Shown one piece after another: positions 1 to 9,749 of a stretch of DNA of 64,000 nt (position 1 is its first letter; every line of letters begins with the position of its first letter). Under the pieces are notes generated by a model. The model worked only from the letters and a program-made list of their open reading frames with translations, searched no databases and was not told where the DNA came from. The stretch covers positions 868,001 through 932,000 of the forward strand of contig MU008172.1 in assembly GCA_010909165.1 (NCBI GenBank). Reading direction: 5' to 3'. The DNA is from Anthoceros angustus (Eukaryota > Plantae > Anthocerotophyta). Both the position numbers and the translations under genes were made by a program.

Positions 1-1493
1 GCATTCCAAACTGCAACATCCCGCTGCTTTACCTTGTCGAACACTAAAATTGCGTCATCCACACATCCACAGGTAGCATACATCTCTATAAGACTAGTAC
101 CGAGGTACGTGTCTATTTTGTATTCCGTTCTATTCACCTCCGCATGAATCTGCCTCCCCTGGTCCACTGCATCAAGGATGGCACACGCCTTCAGCCCAGT
201 AACGAGCGCCACCTTATCTGGCTTTATCCCTTTCTGCTGCATCTGCCAGAACAGGGTTAATGCTTGCACTCCATGCTCATTCTGACAATATGCAGAAATC
301 ATTGCTGTCCATGCCACCACATCACGCTCCTTCACCTGCTCAAACACCCTCTGTGCATCCTCTATGCTTGCACACTTGCCATACATGTCGACAAGAGAAC
401 TCGCAACATGAACATTGCAGTCAAGCCCACGATGCACTACCTCTGCGTGGATCTGCCTGCCCCTCTCCATGGCACCTAATCTTCCGCAAGCTGTAATGAC
501 ACTTGAATATGTGAATGCGTCTGGCAATACCCTCTTCAAGCGCATCTCTTCAAACAAGTCCAGCGCAGCAGCGTCTTGCCCATGTTCCGCATACCCTGCA
601 ATCATCAAGTTCCATCCCAAAACTGTAGGAGCAGACATACTCTCAAACACAAGGCGGGCATCATCCATACCACCACATCTTGCAAACAGCTGAATGCTGC
701 TGCTGGCGACAGCCTCATGAGCGTCTAAACCACACCTCAAGATGTGATCCCAGATGCACCTGCCGCGCTCCAACTCTCCCAAACTGGCACATGCCTTGAG
801 CACCCCCAGAAAAGTACACTCGTTTGGCTCCACTCCTGCACAGACCATCTGCTGATACAAGTTGACGGCCTCTTCACCCCGTCCATGATCAGCATTGCCT
901 TCTATCATGACATTCCAGGAAAACACGTCCCTCGTAGGCAGCTCGTCGAACACTTGCCTGGCATCACAGAGGCAGCCGCACTCTGCATACATGCGAACAA
1001 GGGATTTGTTAAGAAACACGTTGGACTGATACCCCGACTTAACCAGGTGAAGATGCACCCCCCTGCCATCTGATGCTCGTCTCAGTCTAGTACACCCTTG
1101 CAGCAGACAGTCATACATCTTGATGGAAGGCCGGACTCCTTGCTGCCGCAACTGTTCCACCCGATCAAGCGCCTCCTGCAAACGCCCTTCCTGGCAAAGC
1201 CCGCGCAAAACCTCGATATCCAAGAACACTCCAGGCCCCTCACTCCCGCTGGCCTTCTCACCGGAGCCATTCTCAGGCCCCCTGGTGTCCCGCCCTGCAG
1301 ATCCGCCAAACGACTTCACTCCATTCTTACGTGCACGTTTCATGAGACGTAGACTGATACCCTGATTGCAAGGAATACTCAGCACACAAGAGCACGAAGT
1401 GGAGCCTAAGCGGTGCCATCCATCCTGCCTGAGCCTGGTGGTAGCTGCCGAATATGGCAGCCCGAATCTTCCTGTTGTTGCTGTGCCTGCCAT
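1..1493 (-). CDS. PLS-class pentatricopeptide repeat protein (probable organellar RNA-editing factor); 3' end runs off the window
   Basis: Manual minus-strand translation, absent from the ORF track because there is no stop inside the window. ATG at 1493, transit-peptide-like N-terminus, then GRGVHLHLVKSGYQSNVFLNKSLVRMYAECG...ARQVFDELPTRDVFSWNVMI and DTYLGTSLIEMYATCGCVDDAILVFDKVKQRDVAVWNA, typical P-L-S motifs. Confidence 0.92.
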   Translation of the reverse strand, partial: MAGTATTGRFGLPYSAATTRLRQDGWHRLGSTSCSCVLSIPCNQGISLRLMKRARKNGVKSFGGSAGRDTRGPENGSGEKASGSEGPGVFLDIEVLRGLCQEGRLQEALDRVEQLRQQGVRPSIKMYDCLLQGCTRLRRASDGRGVHLHLVKSGYQSNVFLNKSLVRMYAECGCLCDARQVFDELPTRDVFSWNVMIEGNADHGRGEEAVNLYQQMVCAGVEPNECTFLGVLKACASLGELERGRCIWDHILRCGLDAHEAVASSSIQLFARCGGMDDARLVFESMSAPTVLGWNLMIAGYAEHGQDAAALDLFEEMRLKRVLPDAFTYSSVITACGRLGAMERGRQIHAEVVHRGLDCNVHVASSLVDMYGKCASIEDAQRVFEQVKERDVVAWTAMISAYCQNEHGVQALTLFWQMQQKGIKPDKVALVTGLKACAILDAVDQGRQIHAEVNRTEYKIDTYLGTSLIEMYATCGCVDDAILVFDKVKQRDVAVWN

Positions 1494-1645
1494 TCGACAT
1501 CCGCTCTCCGGGTGCCATATGCTGCTACCTCACACCTAACCTCCGTCTTGGCGATGACGGGACGCGAAATTCTGAAGCTCCGGCATTTCCAGGATCGGGG
1601 GCGGGGACGTTCTTGTGATCTTGTGCAAAGGGTGTGGCAAACCCC

Positions 1646-1666
1646 AAACCCTACCAAAGCTTTATT
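1646..1666 (-). promoter_or_regulatory. AATAAA poly(A)-signal candidate (1661-1666) and telo-box-like AAACCCTA (1646-1653) in the 181-bp spacer between PPRD and PPR
   Basis: Motifs read directly from the sequence; function inferred. Confidence 0.4.
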
Positions 1667-1674
1667 AAAGAGGA

Positions 1675-2574
1675 TCAAAGGAGGAAGGGGACCATTGCCG
1701 CCCGGTTGCGCGGGTACTCTTTGAATTCCTGACGATACCATTGATGTGTCTCCAGCGCAACGACGGAGAGGTTGCCCACGACCCACGCCAAGATGAGCCA
1801 GATGATGGCGTCTCGGCCGCCGCTGACGATGAGCAGACCCACGTAGATGACAATCTCAGCCAAGTAGTGCGGGGATGAGACCAGCTGGAACCAGTCTCCT
1901 CTGGGGATGCTGTACCTGCTGCTGCTGCTGTCGTCCTTCCGGCGGAGGGAAGCCAGTATCACGTGGCAACGGTACTGATGCAGGAAGCCCCACAAACACA
2001 CCCCAGCCCCAACCCACTGCCACCAGCTCACGCTGCGCCACAACAGGATCACGTCCAGGCCGTTCTTGGCCGAATTCAGGCGAGCCCAATTCTGCTGCAG
2101 CTTCCAGAAGCTGCCCCCCACGGACACGAGCGAGAGCGGGACCGCCACGTAGTAGGTGACGCCCACCAGGTAGGCCACAAGGTGCATGCGCGCCACGGGA
2201 CTGTACCTGGAAACGAACACGGACTCGTACAGCCTTCTCAGCGCGTGCGCCTCCATGAGCAGCGTGAGCAGCAGCACGGTGGCTGTCTCCTTGTCCGGCC
2301 CTTGGACGCTCGCGCTGGCTGCGACCAGGAGGAGGAGGACGGTGGAGGTGACCACGGCTGTGGCGTAGAAGTGCGTGAAGAATTGCTGGGGCACCGTCCA
2401 CGCCGGAGCCGGAGCCGCCGTGGAGGTGGACTTAATCAGCTTGCCTCGCCGGCTCCAGTGCCGAACAGTCTGTTGCAGGGGCGCGAGATAGGGCAGCAAA
2501 GGCAGGATTCCAAGGATGCAGACGGTCACGCCCGACAACCAGTACGTCCACAGAATCGGGCGCAGAAATTCCAT
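1675..2574 (-). CDS. PPRD: Polyprenol reductase (steroid 5-alpha-reductase/SRD5A3 family), single exon, 299 aa
   Basis: ORF motifs VPQQFFTHFY, HALRRLYES, MHLVAYLVGVTYY, QYRCHVILASLR, YSIPRGDWFQLVSSPHYLAEIVIY, ALETHQWYRQEFKEYPRNRAAMVPFLL. Confidence 0.92.
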   Translation of the reverse strand: MEFLRPILWTYWLSGVTVCILGILPLLPYLAPLQQTVRHWSRRGKLIKSTSTAAPAPAWTVPQQFFTHFYATAVVTSTVLLLLVAASASVQGPDKETATVLLLTLLMEAHALRRLYESVFVSRYSPVARMHLVAYLVGVTYYVAVPLSLVSVGGSFWKLQQNWARLNSAKNGLDVILLWRSVSWWQWVGAGVCLWGFLHQYRCHVILASLRRKDDSSSSRYSIPRGDWFQLVSSPHYLAEIVIYVGLLIVSGGRDAIIWLILAWVVGNLSVVALETHQWYRQEFKEYPRNRAAMVPFLL

Positions 2575-2696
2575 GCTTGCTTTGCTCTCAAGGTGGCCGC
2601 GGGGTGTGCTTCGTTCTTATCCTTCGGGTGGCTGCTCTCCTCTTGCTTCTTTCTTAGGTAACGGCTTCCTGTGGGTAAAAGTGGGTTTCCGTTTCC

Positions 2697-3015
2697 GTGT
2701 CCCTTTCATTGTTTGGTAGCAATCTCAAGGTCCACCTTGAACATCTGCGTAGCTATCCATGTACTTCAAATCTGAGCTTGACGGGTGGGTTGGGTTGTTG
2801 TGTCCCTTTCATTGTTTGGTAGCAATCTCAAGGTCCACCTTGAACATCTGCGTAGCTATCCATGTACTCCAAATCTGAGCTTGACGGGTGGGTTGGGTTG
2901 TTGTGTCCCTTTCGTAGTTTGGTTGTGTCCCTTTTATTGTTTGGTAGCAACCTCAAGGTCCACCATGAAGATGTAGCTATGTACATACTTCAAATCCGAG
3001 CTTAGCGGGTGGGTT
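2697..3015. repeat. About 103-bp tandem repeat, two near-identical copies plus one diverged copy, upstream of PPRD
   Basis: GTGTCCCTTTCATTGTTTGGTAGCAATCTCAAGGTCCACCTTGAAC... starts at about 2697, 2800 and 2925. Confidence 0.9.
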
Positions 3016-3690
3016 TTTCTTTCTTAGCGAATTGAGAGATTTTATAGATATTTCAAAGTATTCCAGACTAATAACAGGTAGCCCCGTATGTGCCTTGAAG
3101 GATGGATGGCACCCCATCCGAGCACTGATCCATGTGCGAGTTGGGTTGTTGCCTTTCTCAAGTGGCCATGTGTTTCTCATGTATTGGTTCTTCCATAAGG
3201 AAGAAACAACTGTACTGCATGTAGTTATAACTTGCAATGCTTGAGGGGACGGTGTTAACCGTTCTTGGGGCGAACTTGGCCTTTCGGCTAGAAGCGATTG
3301 TCGAACGACCATATCGTTTTCCTACTCTGGGGCGGGTTCCCTTCGCATTTTCCTTCACTAAGTTCCAAAGATGCGAATCTGCCAAGTCAGTGTCTAGGCT
3401 GCTTCCTTCCTATGATGGAGAACGCATACCTACCAACCGCTGTTACCACAACCCATGGGTTGAGTCCCAACTCGGATTTAGGATGAATGCAATTAATTTC
3501 ATGTCACGCATGTACAGCGTGGACCTGGAAGCATTCGAGGAGCTTTGAGAAAGGCAGAAGAGAGACACCCACAGAGCTCTGATTATGTCCCCACCACTCC
3601 GTATCTGCTGTAGCCAGACAAACAGCCTGCGTCGACGCTGGAGTGGGCAAGCGTTGTCGCCTTGTCGCAGCAGGTGCACTCCTGGCCAGT

Positions 3691-5509
3691 TCACTCGGAT
3701 GCATGTTTCAAAATTGGGCCTAGTCCAAGGCACACCCCGTGGCTCGCACCTGCGGCCACAGCGATGGCGCGGTGGTGAAGGCCCTCGCTTCTCTGCCTAC
3801 TGTTTTGCAGACTGCATCCCACCGGCTCAGCTTGGACGTCGGGAAGCCCAGGGACGCCCACTTGCCAGTCCCGATTCTTTCCCCAAGAAAATATTTCTCC
3901 CGAATCTGCGAAAAAACCACACCAGACCAGAGCAGAAGCAGGACCGTGTGACGTGGATTGTGGGATAAGATGCTGTAGATGATGTGGGACAAGAAAAGGC
4001 GTGCGTCCAGACAGTCACCTGTAACCGCTACAGTCCACTGCCCACCGCAAGCAAGGTGGACTACGCACTTGTCTGCCAGTGCTTGGACGACAGTGGGCAC
4101 TTTACCGACGTCCAGTGACCCGTGGCCAAGCTGGCCATGTCCACCGTGTCCCCAGGTGAAGACTCTACCGTCCGCTGACAGATGAAGACAAGAGGTGAAA
4201 TGTCACATACACAAACCCATGGCCTAACAGTGAGGAATGGAAGGAACGGCAGCACCATACCTGCTAGTGCAGCAGTGTGATATCCCCCACAAGCGACTTG
4301 TCGGATCTCTACGTTGTCAAGGTGAGCCACAGGCCGAGGTCTCCAGTGACTCCTTCTATCGCCAGTCCCAAGCTCATAGTTGCTGTTTCCTGCAGCAAAA
4401 AGCCAAGCTCAACACCTGTTCCATACAAGCATGAGATGTGACGCTCACTGCAGCAGGCAGCAGCTCACCTCCCCAGGACCAAACTTGTCCTTCGCCGGTC
4501 AAAGCCATGGTGAAAAAGCCCCCGCAAGCAACAGCATGAACCGGTACAGGTAGTGCTTCCACCCTCACGGGTGTTGCCGCACAACCGTCAATCAAATCGA
4601 AGCCAAGGCCTAGTCTGCCTTCCCCCTCATCTCGCCCCCATGTGTACAGCTCTCCTGCTCAGGAAAATAGAATACGAATCACTTTGCATCATCTGCGACA
4701 TGAATTGGGTGCTCGGCTTGGGCCCTAAAAGGCTCGTACCAGCCTGGGTGATGGCTGCAGTGTGAGATCCTCCAGCTGCTACATGTACTGGTTTATCTGC
4801 CCATTCCTGCTTCACTTCACGTGGGAGCACTTCCTTGGTATACACGCCGTGACCCAGAGCTCCAAATCCTCCGAAGCCCCTACACAGTCTTCAAGCAAAG
4901 ACTCCATGAGCGTGCCGCATGGTGGGTGGACGGTGCACGTGAAAACCGCACAGCAACAGATGATCACCATGTGTAGATAGATCCATCCTCCAGCAATGCT
5001 ACCGAGTGCAACCCTCCCAGTGCCAAACTCTTCACCCCATCCAGGTGAGGATTCAAAGTGGGAATATAGGAGGACACCTCGGAACCTAGACCTAATCGTC
5101 CTCCATCCCCTCTTCCCCACATCCACAGCTGCCCACCAGCCCAATATCCTGAATGGAAAAGCCCGCAAGCAATGCCTGCAACAGCATCGGAGTGACGAGC
5201 CTCCTCCTCCGCCTCGCTCCTAGACTGCGACAAGACACCTTGCATGGGGGCCAGCCTTGAAGCCCCTCTGACAGGCAGAGCTGTGACAAAGCGCGGGGAC
5301 TTCTGAGACTCCTCATCCCCGAGCCCCAGCTGCCCGGCATCCCCCCTTCCCCACGCCCACACCTCCAAAACCCTAGTCCGCTCCTCCTCCAAAGTGACTA
5401 TATCCGCTGCCTGTGCCGACAAGCACCGAGCTGCGCAAACACCTGCACCAGCCAGATTTCCCTTCAACACCCTGGTCGCCAGACGCGCAACCCTTCCCCT
5501 CACCATCAT
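3691..5509 (-). CDS. RCC1/UVR8-like repeat protein with predicted organellar transit peptide, multi-exon
   Basis: Exons encode WAWGRGDAGQLGLG, IACGLFHS, WMWGRGDGGRLGLG, LALGGLHSVAL, GFGALGHGVYT, VAAGGSHTAAIT, VACGGFFTMALT, VACGGYHTAAL, WGHGGHGQLGHG, WGKNRDWQVGVPGLP, AVAAGASHGVCL. ATG 5509 (MMVRGRVARLATR...), TGA 3691-3693. Confidence 0.9.
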
Positions 5510-6086
5510 CCTCCCTCCACAGTCTAGAGTACAGCCCGTGATGTCATCCGCTTGCAAGCATGAGGAGACACTGGAGCACTCCGTGTGGCGGCCGGGCCCA
5601 TCTCCTGCACACCCAGACTGGAGGCCGGCAACACCGCACTGTTGTTGGACGCTCCGTCCCGTCCCGTCCCCACAGAAGTTTCCACCCCGTGCCGGATCCA
5701 AGACCGCACCTCACGCGCTTTTACATGGACAAGGCAGAAAAGCACGTCTTCCCAGATTCCAGTTTCCAGCCCGTCCAGGCTCTCATCAACCGTCGTGTGC
5801 AACAGCAGCGGTCAGGTTGTAACAGCCCAATGGCGTGCAGCCGGCCATGGGCCTCGGTTTTGGACCCTTGCCCTTGTCCGGTAGCGGCTCGCCGGAGGCT
5901 GAGCCGGAGGTGAGCTCAGATCCGGCAACGCTACCCACTTCTTCCCCGGCCTGCTTTTAAGTCCAGCCCCTGCTCTATCTGCTCCACGGCAGGGGCTGGC
6001 GGGCGGGCGGCGAAGTGTTGCTGTGGTGGAGAGGGAGCGGAGTGGAGTGGAGTGGAGTTCATTCTCTTCTCTCCTGTCCTGCCCGC

Positions 6087-7328
6087 ATGGCGCATCAAAG
6101 GAGCAGCGGTGCTGCTGGTGGGCTGGACGAGCAGCAGAAGCAAGGCATCCCCGACGACATGAGCCTGGAGCTCTTCCACTTCCCGGACGACCAGAGCGGG
6201 CAAGGGCAAGCCAATCCGACTTCCAACCGCAGGGCGACCAAGCTGGGTCTGGACCTGAGCTTCAAGCACATGGCCCCCGCCCGGGATCTGGGCTTCAAGG
6301 ACCCGGGGGCCGGGGCCGACAAGGGCTCCAAGAAGTACCGGCTGTCAGACAGCGCGATCTTCTCCATCGTGGACTCCGACACGCGGGACATCTACGGGGA
6401 AGAGGCGCTGGAGAAGCTGGCCAAGGCGGAGGACCACGACGCTTCCCTCACCTTCACGCCGGACAACGCGCCCACCCCGTTCGAGATGGAGAGCGTGCCC
6501 CTGTTCAAGCCCCTGCCTCCCAAGCAGGAGCGGGACCGGGGGCTGCCGCTGCTCCCGGAGCAGCCCATGGCCAGCCCCAGGTCGCCCAGTTCCAACGGCC
6601 CGGCTGCGGGGCCTCAATCTCCGACTCACGACTGGGCCCCGAAGTCGCCGCAATGGCGGCCGCAGTCCCCGCAGCCGATGCAGTGGAGGCCAAGTCGCCC
6701 GAGCCGCTGGAGTTCGGGCCCAGATCGCCCAACTACGGCGCGCAGAGGCGGGAGGGATTGGCGGGATGGAGGCGGAACTCAGGAGTCCCAGAGACAGGCG
6801 CAAGCAGGCTCCCGTGGCCAGCAAGCCGGCTACGGCGTCGACGCAGGAGACGAGGACTCGGCGGAAGCTGCAGCAGGCGGTTCCCGACGGAGCTCGTTGG
6901 GGTCGGAGCTCAACATCCGCACCGCCTCCCGACATCGCCATCACAATAAGGGGGGCAAGGCGGCAACGGAGTCGGCAGTGGCTCCCCCACCGTCCCCAAC
7001 GCCGCCAAAAAAAAACGCCAAAATTCCGGGCACGCTCACCCCAAAAAAAACGCCCTGGTTAAGATCCGACAGCGATTCTGCTGCTCCGATTACTTTTAGT
7101 CATTTAGCTCGCTTGCGTCGCTTTGATTGCTTTCGCCGTCACATTATTTTTTCCGCCGTCTTCAACCACCTGCTCCCAGCTTCCGCGTCGCAGAATGTTA
7201 CCATTTTTTCTCTTGTACCTGGTTTTCAGATTTTAATTATATGTCCCTTGGTTCCAAAAATCGATTCTTGTAATTATGTTAAATTTATAAAAGAAATTGT
7301 TGGTGTTATTCTGGGATTGCTGGGTTAA
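6087..7328 (+). CDS. Hypothetical protein, GC-rich single-exon ORF with Pro/Ser/Arg-rich middle; no family recognised
   Basis: Long ORF with strong GC3 bias over 6087-6960. The last ~90 codons are AT-rich and look UTR-like, so the true 3' end is uncertain. Confidence 0.5.
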   Translation: MAHQRSSGAAGGLDEQQKQGIPDDMSLELFHFPDDQSGQGQANPTSNRRATKLGLDLSFKHMAPARDLGFKDPGAGADKGSKKYRLSDSAIFSIVDSDTRDIYGEEALEKLAKAEDHDASLTFTPDNAPTPFEMESVPLFKPLPPKQERDRGLPLLPEQPMASPRSPSSNGPAAGPQSPTHDWAPKSPQWRPQSPQPMQWRPSRPSRWSSGPDRPTTARRGGRDWRDGGGTQESQRQAQAGSRGQQAGYGVDAGDEDSAEAAAGGSRRSSLGSELNIRTASRHRHHNKGGKAATESAVAPPPSPTPPKKNAKIPGTLTPKKTPWLRSDSDSAAPITFSHLARLRRFDCFRRHIIFSAVFNHLLPASASQNVTIFSLVPGFQILIICPLVPKIDSCNYVKFIKEIVGVILGLLG

Positions 7329-7329
7329 A

Positions 7330-8220
7330 AAGCACCCTTGGATTACCTTTTAACTTGATAAGGAGTCTTTATATAAGAAAAACATATGGAAACTTCAATT
7401 TACCCCGAGACGGAACGGGAACAATCCTCAGGACGGCACCAGGCCAAGGGGGACTAGCCCCCACGATCACCCATTTTAAAACTACCTATAGCTCCGAGAA
7501 TGTCGTAGTCCACAAATGAAAGGGCCTGGCTACCACTGGTGATCCCCTACGCTTGTTGTCGTCCTGTACACAGCGTTGGCTAATGCCCTCGGTAGGGTAA
7601 TGGACACTCGTTGCCTGAAGAAAGCAACCACATTAGAAAAGGGGAGACTAATCCCATTCTTGCGGCTGTCGTAAGCCTTGGCACAGGCCTTGAAGTCCTT
7701 GCCCATGGTCTGTGAGTCTCAAGGGCAAGGGGGATCATTGCGTGGCCTTCCTGCATGGGTGAGTACTTGAGAACCGAATTCCCTATCATGCATCCCTATG
7801 CCGCCCAACCTAGGGGGTTGATGATAACATGTTCTCAAACAATGTTCCAAGTAGGGTCTGCTACAACCACATTCGCAGTAAAAACCTAGTCCCCCCGGAC
7901 CAAAAATTAATCAGCACTGAGAGAAACGTTGTTGACCAGAGTACATGGGCGCTCCCTATAGAGCAAGAACCCGCTCTTCCTTGCCGTCGAGAACATAATG
8001 TCGCGGACGGCGGCATGTGTAGCGATGCGCTGCACGCCAGTAGGGCAACAAAGCTAGGTGGGTCCCAGAGTCGTTGAGGGGGGCCCCACCGCTGCAGGTC
8101 AAGAGACAGCATGCTAAAGGTTTGTCCAAACCCAAGCGGAACCTCGTCGCGGTAGAAAAAGAAGCTAATACGATTTGAATAGCCTAGATGCGTAAAGTCG
8201 CGACCTCATCTAGGGCCTCG
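7330..8220 (-). mobile_element. 5'-truncated, decayed non-LTR retrotransposon of the restriction-like-endonuclease (RLE; CRE/R2-like) type
   Basis: Across frameshifts and stops: CSGGAPLNDSGTHLAL-CPTGVQRIATHAAVRDIMF (CCHC knuckle), SAD*FL...ANVVVADPT (PD-(D/E)xK-like), KYSPMQEGHAMIPLALETH, FRQRVSI. The 3' UTR is shared with the copies at 23.5 and 49.9 kb. Confidence 0.8.
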
Positions 8221-9749
8221 ACGCGCTAGCTAGATTTTTTTTCGGGGGGGAGGGGGTAGATTTCTAGAGAGAGAATTGACCATTTGGTCATTATTTTTAC
8301 TCAATATAATAAAATCTATTACAATAGAGTAGAAAACATTCCATGTCGGGTGAAATGGGTCCACCATAAATGTTGAAACCAAGGCAGCAGGGTAGAAAAA
8401 AATAGACACCACGTGAATACCAGGTACATCTAGATAGAAGTTCAGACATAACCTAACAATAAAGCAGTCAGAACACACTAAGCATAGCAGAGATTCTGAA
8501 AACCAGTCCACAGATTTCTGACTTACATTCTCATCACGTTAAACTTGCAGGGGAAATTGACCGCAGGCCTACATAGAACTCAATATGTCAAAACATTTTC
8601 AGGACAAATACCTTTTCCTCATGACCAAACACACTTACATCTTTAGGCTGACTCACAAATACAACTTCCGGAGTCACACTAAGAACAGTTAATGGAAGCA
8701 CACCACACAAGTCATCTTGCATACGGTTGAGTTCTTCATTCAGCAACTCTTTGTAAGATCTTCGTTCTCCAGGCACCAAAACCTTTGCTGTTGCTGCCTG
8801 CTTTGCTTGCCCTGACCGATCATACCTGTGGAATCCACAAGTTATTAGAAAAAAGTACACAACCATCAACAGAGAATAAGCCACCGGAATGTACCTTGAA
8901 AACCCCGGCATCATTTTGTGCGCGAGTAACATACACTGCGTCAGCACAGGCCATTGTTAGACGTAATCATTGTTACACGATAACTCTTGTTGGAGTAATA
9001 GCCTTTAAGACCAATACGCCATTGTCTTTATGTAAAATGGTAATGACACCTTTGAAACACGCAATTTTGCATACCACGCCTGGTGAAACAATTTTGAGTT
9101 AGTGCATTATAGAATAGAACAACTTAAACCAAAGCATTAAACTTACATTTGATCTCCGATTGTCAATTGGCGAGTTGAACAGAAACCCTTGGATACCCTT
9201 ATTTTGGTCACCTTCAGTCCACTTTGGCGAGTGATCAATAACAGCCCTGAAGGTTTGGATCACATCCACCTCATAATTCTTCAGCTTTGGCCGAAAATGC
9301 TCGCTCTGGTAGTTGCGCATATCAACCTTATAATTTTTAGACATTTGTGGAATGGGTTTTTGCATCCGAAGACGCAAAGAGGCCACATTTACCCTCTATG
9401 TCGTTATAGTCCTAGGATTCGATCCCAAGGAAATGGTGTTGTGTCAAGGTGTGCTAAATCTATGGATTCTAGACTACCTGCCGCCACTACCCCACCTTCT
9501 CCAGCTACCGCCCAAACCCACCACTGTAGACTCGGCCACCGAAGGGTTCGCCACCGTGGCGGGTCCACCACGCGGAGTCTATTCGCCACCGCTTCTAACA
9601 CGGACCTAGGGGCTATGGGCATACGGATACCTATATACGCCTCACCTTACTGGAATTTCGCGATTCCACCACACGCCCACTCCACGCTGCTTCCGATTTT
9701 CCCTCACACCTCACAATCCCTCACAGACAACCATTCCTCGGAACCTTCC

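Noticed and set aside
1856-2661. Overlapping ORFs 1856-2401 (-) and 1963-2661 (+)
   Set aside because: Shadow frames of the GC-rich polyprenol reductase CDS.
3158-3385. 75-aa ORF with faint resemblance to the ribosomal protein L28e N-terminus (W.LVK.N...K.YGR)
   Set aside because: The similarity is too weak and the rest of the protein does not follow; it cannot be supported without a search.
6023-6949. Alternative-frame and antisense ORFs over the orphan gene
   Set aside because: By-products of high GC; codon bias favours the frame starting at 6087.
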